NCBI GenBank assembly: GCA_950097015.1
Contig: CATNEN010000010.1
Location: 1,612,001-1,676,000 of the forward strand
Direction of reading: 5' to 3'
Length of the DNA: 64,000 bases
Source of the DNA: Macrostomum hystrix
Taxonomy: Eukaryota > Animalia > Platyhelminthes
This document shows, in pieces, positions 35,589-48,390 of this stretch (the stretch's first letter is position 1; each line of letters starts with the position of its first letter). Made by a program: the position numbers and the translations under genes. The notes under the pieces are model-generated. The model was not told the DNA's origin. It did not search any database and saw only the letters and a list, made by a program, of their open reading frames with translations.

Positions 35589-38500
35589 ATGGCTCCGTTG
35601 GCGAGCGGTGACCCTTCAGCGGTCAGCGCCGATGCCCAAGGAGGTGAGTGACTTTCTTCATTTTTAGTTTAGCTTGTGTAGCCTGTTGAAGTTGAAGGCT
35701 TTGACTGTCCCGCAGCGGCCCAACTGGGCGGCCTCAACATCGGCGCGGTGGTGGGCCTGACGGTGGCGGCCGTGTTCGCGGTGGCCGGCCTGGCCGCCAT
35801 CGGCTACCGGACGCTCAAACGACGCCGCGAGGAGTCGCCGAGCCGCAAGCTGACGAGCGTCATCCGGCGCGGCCTGGCCGAGGAGACGCGCGAGCGCCGC
35901 ATCAGCCGCTCGCTGTCGCTGCAGCAGCAGAAGGCCGCTCGGGCCAGCGCGAGGTCGGCCGGCAGCCGCGGCAGCTCCTCGTCGGTGTCGCCAGACGGCG
36001 GCGGTGGCGGAGGCCTCCAGATGATGTCAGAGGGTAGCTCGCCAGCCGATGGCGATCCGCAGCAGCGCCAGCAGCGGCTGACTCAGCAGTCACCAGAGCA
36101 GCAGCAGCTGGGCAGCCTGACCTTCTCCGTTCTTTACGACAAGGTGAAGCAGACGCTGCTCGTGACGATCATCCGTTGCGACGACCTGCCCTCGCGGGAT
36201 CCGCAGGCCCCCGGAGCAGCTGATCCTTACGTGAAGCTGCAGCTGCTGCCAGAGAAGCGGCACAAGGTGAAGACGCGGGTCCTGCGCCGAACCTGCAGCC
36301 CGGTGTACGAGGAGACATTCAGCTTCTACAGCGTGAGGCCGGGCCAGATGAGGGCCACCAGTTTGCACTTTGTAGTGCTGAGCTTCGATCGATTCTCGCG
36401 CGACGAGATCATAGGCGAGGTGCTGTTTCCGCTGGGCGAGATGGACCCGCAGGACGATCCGTTCTCCATCACCCGCGACATCCAGCCCAGGCAGTTTAAG
36501 GTTAGACATCGTGCGATTCGCCCAACACTTGCTCAATAGGCTTAGGCCATAGACAGATGAATTTACAAATAACCTTCTGGACAAGCTTAACTGCAAGTTT
36601 TACCATCAAGTAAAATTCTAATTTCATTGTAGATTCGCAATCAGAACCGTGGCGAGCTGCTTGTGAGCCTCTGCTACCAGCCTGCCGCCAGCCGACTCAC
36701 TGCCGTTGTGCTCAAGGCTCGGAATCTTCCCAAGATGGACGTCACTGGCTTGGCTGGTGAGTCTCAACTCAAGGAAATCTTTTGCGGCTCAGTTCTAGTG
36801 GGACATCTAAACACACACACACAGCCCAGTTCTCAGGTGGCACATCTACTCATCACTCAGTAGATTCTCATGCTGCATTAGTTGAAGCCTTGGTTAAAAG
36901 CCATCAAAGTGAACTATTAAGTTTCTGAGTGAAATGTCTGGCAAATCCAAAGCTTGCTAAACTGTTCTATGAGCTGCTTAAGCGCATTACTGCTGTCGGG
37001 TTTCATTGCCTTTAGCTGGAGAAATCCCAGGCAGATGCGCTCCTTAAGCCGCAAACTGCCCACTAATCCGTCGGCCTCATTATCTCGCATGGCGCTTTCA
37101 GTCTCCTTCAGTGCGTGCGACCTTGCCCTAAGTGACGCGGAAATTTTCCCCGCGCTCCAGTAGGACACAGCATTGGATGGGGTGGATGGTCAGATGGGAG
37201 AGTTCTGGCAAGAGATGCTCACATGCGACTTGCAAGCGCTTCTCTTGTGCAGGTCTTGAGAAAGGCGAAACCGCAGACCCCACCCCACCCCGACCTCCAG
37301 TCAATACCAAAGGAGCTGTGGCGCGAGCCATCCATTATTGAAGCTGGCGTGCTAGAGTGAAGCTGGGCCTCCCATTCCAAAGGACGCCAGCCGTGCCTTC
37401 GCCGCAGTTTTCTTCTCCTCCGCCTTCCGCCCCGGGCCCAACGCGATGGCTGGCTGTATTTGCCTGGCTCAAAAGTGCTCAGCCAACTCCGCCGTGCAAA
37501 CTAACTGCAGGCGGTGGCGACCTCAGTGGGAATGGGCGGACCTGCAGCCCCATCCGCCTTCTCCTCCTCTCCCCGTCCCATTCCCCTCGCTTCTCTCGCA
37601 TTTCGTTTGCTTATCCGCGTCCCCAACTCAATCCCAAATCCCCAAGTCCCGGTCGTTGCCATCAACTATGCGGCCTCTCCATCTTCCCAGCTGCAGCCTC
37701 CGGTCCCGTCTCGCCCCCTCCCCCTCATTCATTACCGATGCGGCCTACCAAAACCAGCTGGGAAAATGCTAAATTTATCCCCTTACCGGCCGCGCGGTCC
37801 CGAGCTGTCCTCCCGCTTTTGCTAGCTTTTGCTATTTCGCCTCATTTGCCTCTCCGAACTGGTCGCTGAGCTGGCAGTGAAACCGGAGCATTTGGGCGAG
37901 CAATTCTTTGTCCCGCCCTGAGAGCTGCGATCGGAGCTCACGGAGACTTAATCAATTAGGCCTGACAGCGCCCTGCCTCATCTGTAGAGGCTGCGTGCTA
38001 ATAAACTGCCGGACTCAGCTTTAGTTGCTGCCGCCTCATCCAGCTCCACTCAGCTCAGATGCGTGAGCATTAGTGCTCAGTCTGAGCAGAGACTCAGAGC
38101 TGAGTTCTAATGCAGCTAGTTTATTGTTAATAAACACACACGAGCTGTGGAGGGCCTAAAAATAACCCAGCATCTGCGAGGCCTCCCATATACTGTACCT
38201 GAACAATGATTTATTATTAATGACAACGACAGAGAGTGAGAGAGAAGGCCATGAGGCCACTGAAACCATCGTGTCATACCTGAGATATGCTTGACTTTTT
38301 AAACTCTGCCAAGTGGTTGATTAAAAATTACTTTGTTGGCGTCCCTTAGATACACGGGCCAATTTTTGTTTGAAAAGTATTCCGTTTAAACACTAACATG
38401 GACTATCAGGTTGCCACCCAAGTTCTCAGGTGGGACATCTAAACACACACAGCCCAGTTGTCAGGCCGGACATCTAAACACACACAGCCCAGTTGTCAGG

Positions 38501-39128
38501 CCGGACATCTAAACACACACAGCCCAGTTGTCAGGCGGGACATCTAAACACACACAGCCCAGTTGTCAGGCCGGACATCTAAACACACACAGCCCAGTTG
38601 TCAGGCGGGACATCTAATCACACACAGCCCAGTTGTCAGGCGGGACATCTAAACACACAGCCCAGTTGTCAGGCCGGACATCTAAACACACAGCCCAGTT
38701 GTCAGGCCGGACATCTAATCACACACACGCCAATTCTCAGGGGAGACACCATCAGAAAATAAATGTGGAGGAAAATTTGTCTAAAACACCGAATCCGTTG
38801 CCAACAACACCGCCCAGGCGATCCGTACGTGAAGCTGTACCTGCTGTACAATGGCCAGCGCATCGCCAAGAAGAAGACCCACGTGAAGAAGCGCACCCTG
38901 AACCCGGTCTACAACGAGTCGTTCGTATTCGAGGTGCCGCCCAACGAGGGCCTCCACCAGCTGTCCCTGGAGCTGCTGGTGCTGGACTGGGACCGTGTCA
39001 CCAAGAACGAAGTGATCGGCCGCCTGGAGCTGGGCCTGTCCAAGGGCGACCTGGCGGACAAGCACTGGCAGGAGGTCATGAACTGCCCGCGAAAGCAGAT
39101 CGCCGAGTGGCACCGCTTGATGGAGTGA
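35589..39128 (+). CDS. Syt4: Synaptotagmin-4 (Syt4/Syt11 subfamily), 4 exons, 424 aa
   Basis: Exons 35589-35643, 35716-36500, 36633-36756, 38818-39128; phases 1/0/1 match; 1275 nt. N-terminal TM, C2A ([11 protein letters not shown]...[24 protein letters not shown]...[16 protein letters not shown]) and C2B ([12 protein letters not shown]...[21 protein letters not shown]...[15 protein letters not shown]...QIAEWHRL). The Ser in SFDRF is diagnostic of Syt4/11. Confidence 0.95.
38421..38725. repeat. 35-bp minisatellite (CAGCCCAGTTGTCAGGCCGGACATCTAAACACACA) in Syt4 intron 3
   Basis: About 8.5 copies; 1.5 further units at ~36792-36848 near the same intron's donor. Confidence 0.93.
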
Positions 39129-39972
39129 TGGAGTGACGGAGTGATGGAGTGATGGAGTGATGGAGTGATGGAGTGATGGAGTGATGGAGTGACGGTGTGT
39201 TGGAGTGATGGAGTGATGGAGTGACGGAGTGATGGAGTGATGGAGTGACGGAGTGATGGAGTGATGGAGTGACGGAGTGACGGAGTGATGGAGTGATGGA
39301 GTGATGGAGTGATGGAGTGATGGAGTGACGTAGTGACGGAGTGATGGAGTGATGGAGTGATGGAGTGATGGAGTGACGGAGTGATGGAGTGATGGAGTGA
39401 TGGAGTGATGGAGTGATGGAGTGAAAGTGTTTTGGAGTGATGGAGTGATGGAGTGATGGAGTGATGGAGTGACGGTGTGTTGGAGTGATGGAGTGATGGA
39501 GTGATGGAGTGACGGAGTGATGGAGTGATGGAGTGACGGAGTGATGGAGTGACGGAGTGACGGAGTGATGGAGTGATGGAGTGATGGAGTGACGTAGTGA
39601 CGGAGTGATGGAGTGATGGAGTGATGGAGTGATGGAGTGACGGAGTGATGGAGTGATGGAGTGATGGAGTGATGGAGTGACGGAGTGACGGAGTGACGGA
39701 GTGATGGAGTGACGGAGTGACGGAGTGATGGAGTGATGGAGTGATGGAGTGATGGAGTGATGGAGTGACGGAGTGACGGAGTGATGGAGTGATGGAGTGA
39801 TGGAGTGACGGAGTGATGGAGTGACGGAGTGACGGAGTGACGGAGTGATGGAGTGATGGAGTGACGTAGTGACGGAGTGATGGAGTGATGGAGTGATGGA
39901 GTGATGGAGTGATGGAGTGACTGAGTGATGGAGTGATGATGGAACGATGGAGTGATGGAGTGATGGAGTGAC
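39119..39972. repeat. 8-bp repeat (GATGGAGT / GACGGAGT) starting in the last codons of Syt4
   Basis: About 105 copies; the first unit overlaps ATG GAG TGA. Confidence 0.96.
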
Positions 39973-40106
39973 GCTTATTTGAAAAGGATAAACTTTTATT
40001 TTACTGCAGTCTAAAATGAAAAACAGACCTCATATTTCATGCCGCACAAACTCGAAACTTTGTTGCCGATTTTTTAATTAATATGAGCGATCACTTTGGC
40101 AACACT

Positions 40107-40112
40107 AATAAA
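40107..40112 (+). promoter_or_regulatory. Candidate polyadenylation signal (AATAAA) for Syt4
   Basis: First canonical hexamer I found after the stop codon and its repeat array. Confidence 0.4.
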
Positions 40113-41144
40113 CAATAGTAATTTTTCTTGAAGTTTGTCGTTTTTTCTGTGTCTCTTTCGTTCAAAATCAATTGAATTAGAATTGAATTGAATCACTAAT
40201 TGTCTTAGAAATCGCAGTTTTTAACAACTATTTTTGCATGATATTCATTTTACTGATTAAATATGCCCTTTTAGCTGTACCTTGCTGAAACCGGTTCGGA
40301 CAAAATTTGAGTTATTTTATTCTGTGCATCTCCTCTTGTTTTTTTCCTCTTATAAAACCCAGTTGATGTGAAATCCGATAATGTAATTGGCTTGCTGTGT
40401 CAGCCTCTTTAACTGGCTTACGTAGATTGTTCGCGCTTAATCAATATTTCCATATCGCTAATATGTTTCTGGTCGTGAGTGAATGGGCTCGCCCAGCAGC
40501 TACAAAGATCTGAGGATCTTGTGCGGTCCTTCACTCGCGACTTCCTTCGCCCAGATGTCACATCCTCAGATGATTATTTTAGCCACTACTCAAGTACTCA
40601 AGCGCATAGACTGTATACTGTATGCCGCAATTGAACACTGAGCTCATTATCGGCTTCGTCAGCGCTGGCTCCGGCCGCGCCAGACAAGCCACTGGCCGCA
40701 GACACATGTGATAACGTGTACAGAACTTCGCAATTCACTTATATTGCGCACGCGAATTTTGTTTGTTTGTTTGTTTATTTGTCCGTGTGTTTGTGCTTTT
40801 TTATTGCTCTCTTGTGTGTGTTCGTCAAAATGTTTCTATTTTCTTATTGACCATCGATTTGTTGTCCGATTTTCGAGTTTTTTAATTTAGAAAACCGCTT
40901 AATTGTGTTTCTGTTCCCGGGAAATGCTTGATGGTTCTATGCGACCCCAGAGGCGATCGTTCACCCGCAACTGGCACACTAATCTCTTTTATTTTCTATT
41001 CTGCACTGCTAAAATCACTACAGACTCAAAAACTCTCTAAAGAAAGTAAAAAAAATTATCTGCACGTGAGCAAAAGCGCCTCAGTTCCATTTTGTGTGAC
41101 ATCGAATTGAATCGCGTGTCTTGCGCTTACCTGACTTTCTGACT

Positions 41145-43228
41145 GGAATCGGACCTGAACAGTCTAGAATCGGACCAGACTAGGCTGGAATCGAACCAGA
41201 CCATAAATAGAATCGGACCAGACCAGTCTAGAATCGGACCAGACTAGGCTGGAATCGAACCAGACCAGTCTAGAATCGAACCAGACCAGTCTAGAATCGA
41301 ACCAGACCAGTCTAGAATCGAACCAGACCAGTCTAGAATCGGACCAGACTAGGCTGGAATCGAACCAGACCATAAATAGAATCGAACCGGACCAGTCTAG
41401 AATCGGACCAGACAAGGCTAGAATCGGACCAGACAAGGCTAGAATCAGACCAGACCAGTCTAGAATCGGACCAGACCAGTCTAGAATCGGACCAGACAAG
41501 ACTAGAATTGGAACAGACAAGGCTAGAATCGGAACAGACAAGGCTAGAATCGGAACAGACAAGGCTAGAATCGGAACAGACAAGGCTAGAATCGGAACAG
41601 ACAAGGCTAGAATCGGAACAGACAAGGCTAGAATCGAACCAGACCAGTCTAGAATCGAACCAGACCAGTCTAGAATCGGACCAGACTAGGCTGGAATCGA
41701 ACCAGACCATAAATAGAATCGAACCAGACCAGTATAGAATCGGAACAGACCAGTCTAGAATCGAACCAGACCAGTCTAGAATCGGACCAGACTAGGCTGG
41801 AATCGAACCAGACCACAAATAGAATCGAACCAGACCAGTCTAGAATCGGAACAGACCAGTCTAGAATCGGACCAGACCAGTCTAGAATCGGAACAGACCA
41901 GTCTAGAATCGGAACAGACCAGTCTAGAATCGAACCAGACCAGTCTAGAATCGAACCAGACCAGTCTAGAATCGGACCAGACTAGGCTGGAATCGAACCA
42001 GACCATAAATAGAATCGAACCAGACCAGTATAGAATCGGAACAGACCAGTCTAGAATCGGACCAGACCAGTCTAGAATCGGAACAGACCAGTCTAGAATC
42101 GGAACAGACCAGTCTAGAATCGAACCAGACCAGTCTAGAATCGAACCAGACCAGTCTAGAATCGAACCAGACCAGTCTAGAATCGAACCAGACCAGTCTA
42201 GAATCGGACCAGACTAGGCTGGAATCGAACCAGACCATAAATAGAATCGAACCGGACCAGTCTAGAATCGGACCAGACAAGGCTAGAATCGGACCAGACA
42301 AGGCTAGAATCAGACCAGACCAGTCTAGAATCGGACCAGACCAGTCTAGAATCGGACCAGACAAGACTAGAATTGGAACAGACAAGGCTAGAATCGGAAC
42401 AGACAAGGCTAGAATCGGAACAGACAAGGCTAGAATCGGAACAGACAAGGCTAGAATCGGAACAGACAAGGCTAGAATCGGAACAGACAAGGCTAGAATC
42501 GAACCAGACCAGTCTAGAATCGAACCAGACCAGTCTAGAATCGGACCAGACTAGGCTGGAATCGAACCAGACCATAAATAGAATCGAACCAGACCAGTAT
42601 AGAATCGGAACAGACCAGTCTAGAATCGAACCAGACCAGTCTAGAATCGGACCAGACTAGGCTGGAATCGAACCAGACCACAAATAGAATCGAACCAGAC
42701 CAGTCTAGAATCGGAACAGACCAGTCTAGAATCGGACCAGACCAGTCTAGAATCGGAACAGACCAGTCTAGAATCGGAACAGACCAGTCTAGAATCGAAC
42801 CAGACCAGTCTAGAATCGAACCAGACCAGTCTAGAATCGGACCAGACTAGGCTGGAATCGAACCAGACCATAAATAGAATCGAACCAGACCAGTATAGAA
42901 TCGGAACAGACCAGTCTAGAATCGGACCAGACCAGTCTAGAATCGGAACAGACCAGTCTAGAATCGGAACAGACCAGTCTAGAATCGAACCAGACCAGTC
43001 TAGAATCGAACCAGACCAGTCTAGAATCGGACCAGACTAGGCTGGAATCGAACCAGACCAGTCTAGAATCGGAACAGACCAGTCTAGAATCGGACCAGAC
43101 CAGTCTAGAATCGGAACAGACCAGTCTAGAATCGGACCAGACCAGTCTAGAATCGAACCAGACCAGTCTAGAATAGAACCAGACCAGTCTAGAATAGAAC
43201 CAGACCAGTCTAGAATCGGACCAGACCA
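41145..43228. repeat. 21-bp minisatellite (CCAGACCAGTCTAGAATCGGA) with an 865-bp higher-order duplication
   Basis: About 99 units; identical variant blocks (and identical spurious ORFs) recur at an offset of 865 bp. Confidence 0.95.
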
Positions 43229-44000
43229 GGAACATCTGTGTGTGCCGGGCGGTACAGTGCAGCGAATCTTTCAGCGCAGCTACAAGAAGCAAGCAATTTA
43301 TTTCCTGCATCTCACTCCGAGAAAGATTTCGTGAGCATTTGCCAGCCCGCTTGCCGTCTGTGTCGCCCACGCAGTTCAGGCCTGAGCCCATCTGAGCCAT
43401 CTGCTTATCCTACTGCTCGCCTGCTCCTGACTGGACAGGCAGGGAGAGTCCGACTGCACAGCAGTAGCTTGCGTGTTGAGAAGGCCCGCTGCAAATTAGG
43501 CCTACTTGAGACGCAATATTTGTGCTCAAAGCCTCCGCCGCTGCAGCAGCTGCGCCCCACTTGCGCCAGTGATTAATTGTCCCAGCCGGCCTCATCTCTG
43601 CTGCCATCTCCAGGGCTCTCAACAGCTGAGAGGCCTCTGCAGTTGCGAACCACTTCATCACCTTCTGGCAAATGGCCCTTCCGTGAGCGGCGCGAAAGGC
43701 CATGTTGCCGCCCAGAATGCAGACAAGATGAAATGAAAATATACTCGTATTTTCTTCTGATTTTCTAATAGTCGCTGGAAATAAGAGCAATCAAATCCCA
43801 ACCGTACTACTATTACAGGCGCGTGAGTAGTGCGCACTGCAGACTGTTGTCGCACTGATTTGACCCTCTCTGACTGGCTGGGAGGTGCCGGGAGGCGAGA
43901 GGCAGAGGAGGTGGACGGCAATTTAAGAATGTTAGAGCTGGCCCAAGGGTCCGGAAGGAGCCTCCCTTAGCCTGAACCCGCCATCCCTGCGAATGCTAGC

Positions 44001-47000
44001 ATGGCAGAAACGAATTCCTCATCTGTATTGCTGCTGCTGCTGCTGATTTTCCCAGCGCACAGCCGGGTGCACCACCGGCCCGGCCTCGCCTGCGTTGCCA
44101 GTTCGGACGTGGGCGCTCTCAGCTGCCGGGTTACCGACGCCAAGCTGACGAACGCCTTCGAAGGCCTCGGCTCCATCCTGAGAAGTTTGCGGTCGCTGGG
44201 AACTGGCCGATTCGACAGCCTGCACCTGCGCGTGGAGGCACCGACGACGGCCCGCCTTGTGTCGGGCGATTTGAATCGAGTCGCAGCGACGATACAGCAG
44301 CCGATTCACCGACTGGTCCTTCAAAGCCGGCGCGGCCTCACGCTCGGACCCTGCAGCCTGACGGCCTCGCAAACTGAGGCTGACGCCAGTGAAAAAGGCC
44401 CTCAGGAGCTCGTCCTGTCGTCGGTGACGTCCGGTCTGGGGGTCGCCTTCTGCCAGCAGCCGCGGCGGCTGCGAAGGCTCGATCTTGTGGCTTCCGATCC
44501 TACCGCTGATGCCACTGACGAAAGCGGGAGCTCCAGGACAGTGTGCCACGGTCTGGCGAGCTTCCTGACGACGGCACTGCCCAGCCTGGAGACGCTGCAG
44601 CTGCGGGTGCCGGCCGCCTGCCCGGCCGCTGATCTGAGCATCGTGGGAGCCGGAGCGGCGCCTCTGCTGATCGACCTGGCCCTGACGCTGACGGGCGACT
44701 CGACGGAGCGGGCGGAGCAGGGCCGGCTGCGGTTCGTTGGCCTGCCGAGGTTGAGCAGCCTGCGGCTTAGTATGACCACGCCCTGCACTGGCGGCTTCGC
44801 GTTCGGCCCCGGCGCCTTCTCGGATCTGACCAACCTGAGCAGAGTTTATGTGAAGGTCATGGCGACGGGAGCCGGCGGTGAGGCGATAGCGATGTTTTGT
44901 ATTGGGAAATATATAGAATATGATAAAATATATGAGAATATATATATATTCGGGAGATAGATGTGGAGGCAGATGATGAGGTAGATGATACTCACGAGAC
45001 CCCTTAATCTCCGATGCGCTTCCGCAGCTGATGGCCACTGCACCCTGCTGGCCCCGGACGCATTCGCCGCAAACTCGTCCGCGGTGCGAGACCTGAGCAT
45101 CATGGTGGGCGCCAGGCCACGAGTGACAGATGCCGGTGGCGGCCTTCGCCTCAGCCTGACTGGCGGCAATGCCCAGCTGCTGCGGTGCCTGCCGTCTGCC
45201 GGCTGCCAAGAGCAGCGGATTCGCCTGCGGTCGTTCTGCCGCTTCCAGCTGCTGCTGCCGCCAGGGCTGGCGTTTGCCGAGAACGCCACGGACGTCCGGC
45301 TGGCCGTGTGCCGGCCGACCTGGCGCAGCCTGCTGCAGCTGATGTCGCGAAGGCCCGGCCGGCGTCTGCGGTCGCTGGTGGTCGAGCCACCTCCGGGCTG
45401 GGGCCGGCCGAACCTGGCGATTCCGAGGGTTGACGACGTCGACGATAGCGACGGAGGTGTTTGCAGCGGGCCGGACGAGCCGCCAGAGGAGGCGCTTGAC
45501 ATTCGATCGGCTCTGGCTGCTGCGGCTGCCAAAGGCGACGAGTCGCAGCAGCCGCAGCTGCGAGTTTTTTCGCTCTGGGCCGAGCTCTGCGTCTGCTCCA
45601 ACGACTCCGAGGCCATGCGGGTGCCCGCAGTGCCCACGAACACATCGGTGCTGCTGACCTGCGCCAACTTGGACGAGGATCGGTCGATGACGAGTGGCCC
45701 CGAGGTGGCCGAAGCCTGCGCCCGGATAAGTCTCGCCAACTACGCTGCCGCCGTCAGCGCCAACGGCAGCGGCAGCAGCTGTACAGTCTACTTGGGCGTC
45801 AAATTATCCTGCTCAGCCGGACCGAACTTTGACCTGCTGTTGCAGCCGCTGCCACCGGCAACGCGCCATTTCGATCTCCGGTTTGGCGGCGTTGCGGACG
45901 ATTACGAAGACGATAGTGACAATGAAGAAGACGACGCCCCAGAAGCTCGGTACAATTCTACGGAAATCAACGACACGGAAGCAGCAGAGCTGGATGCGGT
46001 TCTGACAACTCCGGCAGCAACTAAGGGCGGCGGGGTTCGACTGGTGCGCGGCGGCTTTCTGCGACAGGCGGCCGACCTGCGCAGCCTCGTGCTTATGGGC
46101 GGCAGCGGCTCCGACTGCCGGCGAGGCATCGCCGCAATCGAGGACGGCGCGCTGGACGGCGCAGCCGATCTGGAGCACCTGGCGCTACGCGGCCACCCCA
46201 TTGAGCGCCTGGGCACGGGGGCCTTTGCCGGCCTGCGCCGCCTGCAGTCGCTCGACCTGCGCTTTAACTGCCGGCTGAAGCGGCTCAACCCAGCCTCGCT
46301 GACGCCAGTGCTGCCAAGCCTGCAGCAGCTTCAACTGCCAGTGCCTCTGGCGCATGGCGCGCTGACCGGTGCCCTGCGGCTGCGCCACCTGGAGTTGGCG
46401 CTGATGCGGCGCGACCGGCCGGTCTGGACCATCCCGACTGGCTCCGTGTCCGACCTGCCTGCCCTGCGCTCCCTGGCGGTGGTAGTAGGCTACCCCTACC
46501 GCACCCTGCGCCTCGGCCGCGGCTCCGTGACAAACTTGCCGTCGCTTCGCTCCCTGGTGCTCCGCGTGATCACCCACGGCGGCGGCCACACTGTGCTGGC
46601 CCCGGCCGCCTTCGCCAACCTGTCCGGCAACGTGCGTCACATTGTGCTCGACGGCGTTGATCTCAGTGGCGTGCGGCCCGACGGTAAGAACTTCGGCGCC
46701 GATCAGCTGATCGAGCTGACTCGCCTGGATGAATCGGCCAGCAATGCGACTGAAGAGGCCGAAGACGACGAAATCAAAGCCGGCTTTGAGGCCGCCGACC
46801 AGGCGCTGCACATCGAGCTGCTGATACCACCGTGGGAGACGCCACGCCAAGCGCTGTGTCGATTCCTACCAGGCCAGCCGGTGGCCTCCACAAAGAGCTT
46901 GGCGCTGCGGCTGGCGCAGCGGCCGTGCAACAGGAACTCCAGCCTGGAGCTGGCGCAGCTGGTCCACCTGCTGGCCGCCTTCCCGCAGCTGCGCCGCTTC

Positions 47001-47327
47001 TCCCTTTCCGGCTGTTTCGGCCTGGCGGCTGACGCGTCGGCGAACACCGCGACTCTGGCCAATGCTGCGCTGGCGGCTGCGCCGCGGCTTGAGTGGTTAG
47101 ACGCAACTGCTGCCGCCGAGGCCTGCCAGCGCTTCGGTGAGGTCACCGAGACTCGACATGACGGGCTGCGGATCTCGCTGATCTGCGAGTGGCCCCGGAA
47201 TGCACTGCTGCAGTCGGACTCGCCGAATAGCGGCTTCGGGCTGCCCGGTGGGCCAACGAGCGTCAGCCTGTCAGCGGCGGGGTTGTTGACGGTCGCACTG
47301 GTGTGGTTGTCTGGTCAAGCTGTCTGA
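44001..47327 (+). CDS. Large extracellular leucine-rich repeat protein, putative GPI anchor, 2 exons, ~1058 aa
   Basis: Exons 44001-44877 and 45028-47327 (GCG|GTGAGG ... TTCCGCAG|CT, phase 1); 3177 nt. Signal peptide SVLLLLLLIFPAHS, typical LRRs (IAAIEDGALDGAADLEHLALRGHPIERLGTGAFAGLRRLQSLDLRFNCRL, FSDLTNLSRVYV), many N-x-S/T sequons, and a terminal hydrophobic tail AAGLLTVALVWLSGQAV with no cytoplasmic part. Confidence 0.85.
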
Positions 47328-47429
47328 AACTTCCTTTTCCTTGATTTTGCTTTTCTAACCATTTTAAATGCAAATATTGCTCGAATTCCCAGTTAAAGTT
47401 AAGTCCAACAAAACTGATAATTTGAGATT

Positions 47430-47552
47430 GCTTAGAGGTCAGGGGTTCGAATTCGCATGTGGGCTACGTGACTTTGGTCTGCAACTACAGGCCAAAAATT
47501 TAGCCCTAAAGAGCGAACTCGTCAACCAGGGCAGATGAGACTTCGTGTGAGC
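47430..47552 (+). mobile_element. Possible degenerate SINE relic
   Basis: B-box-like GGGGTTCGAATTC followed by CAGGGCAGATGAGACTTCGTGTGAGCG, similar to the SINE core CAGGGCAGATGTACACACTTGTGTGAGCG. Confidence 0.4.
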
Positions 47553-48390
47553 GATTCGCGATGCCGAAAGCTTCGAGGCTGCCGATGCCGATCAATGCGA
47601 CTTTGAAATTTTAATCTTTGTGATCATGTCTTTTCAGGTTTTTTTGCTTCCTGTTTCGCCCTAAAACTTCGGGGCACTCGCCCCGGACTGGGTTCATTTT
47701 TATTAGCTCAGCTTTACATGCCTCTTATTTAGTGTCATCAGTCAACGAAATGTTATGCAGCGTCGCTTTTTCTGCCCTTAACTATTTTTGCTTTATTTAG
47801 TCCCAGTCTCATCCTTCCCATTCTTCTTCTTATTTTCATTCCCATAGGCTTCTTTTTTCCGTTCTTGCACCGGCATTATTGTGCAAACCCCAGCGCTAGA
47901 TGTGCTCACCTGTAGTTCAATAACATATAACATATAGGAGACTGAATATAGCGCTTAAGAATTATGGATCTGTGGAAGTTTTCTTATCGGCCTTTTGCAG
48001 TGCCGACGACCGAACGAAATTATATTGTTTAATCAGCTTGAGCCAACGAGCAAGAAGCGGAGATCATGCAGAAAATTAATTCCCTAATAATTTGGATCCA
48101 CCAATTATACGCGAGCGTATTAGCTCCTTTGGGATTGGGCTGGCGAAAGGGTCGCGAGATACAAATGCAAATGCGATGAATTACCCCAACCTCGTCTTAG
48201 TCTTCTTCACTTGCCGTTCCAAGGCAATTCAAGATGCAAATTTTAGGCCCACAAAACGGCCGCCGGCCGACACAAGCGAAGAAATGGCTAGAGGTTTCAA
48301 AGTCTAACCTGACCGTATGCTGTACTATCGATAAGGCGAGGCCGGGACACATCTGACTGCACTTTAACAAAACGGATAACAGTTGTGGAC

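Noticed and set aside
41164-43400. LVWSDSR / ESEQTRL repeat ORFs
   Set aside because: 21-bp satellite, frequently broken by stops and frame changes.
44019-47146. Long antisense and alternative-frame ORFs over the LRR gene (likewise over Syt4, AFG3L2, NDUFS6 and the LRR-Ig-FN3 exons)
   Set aside because: Expected shadows of GC-rich coding sequence; no motifs.
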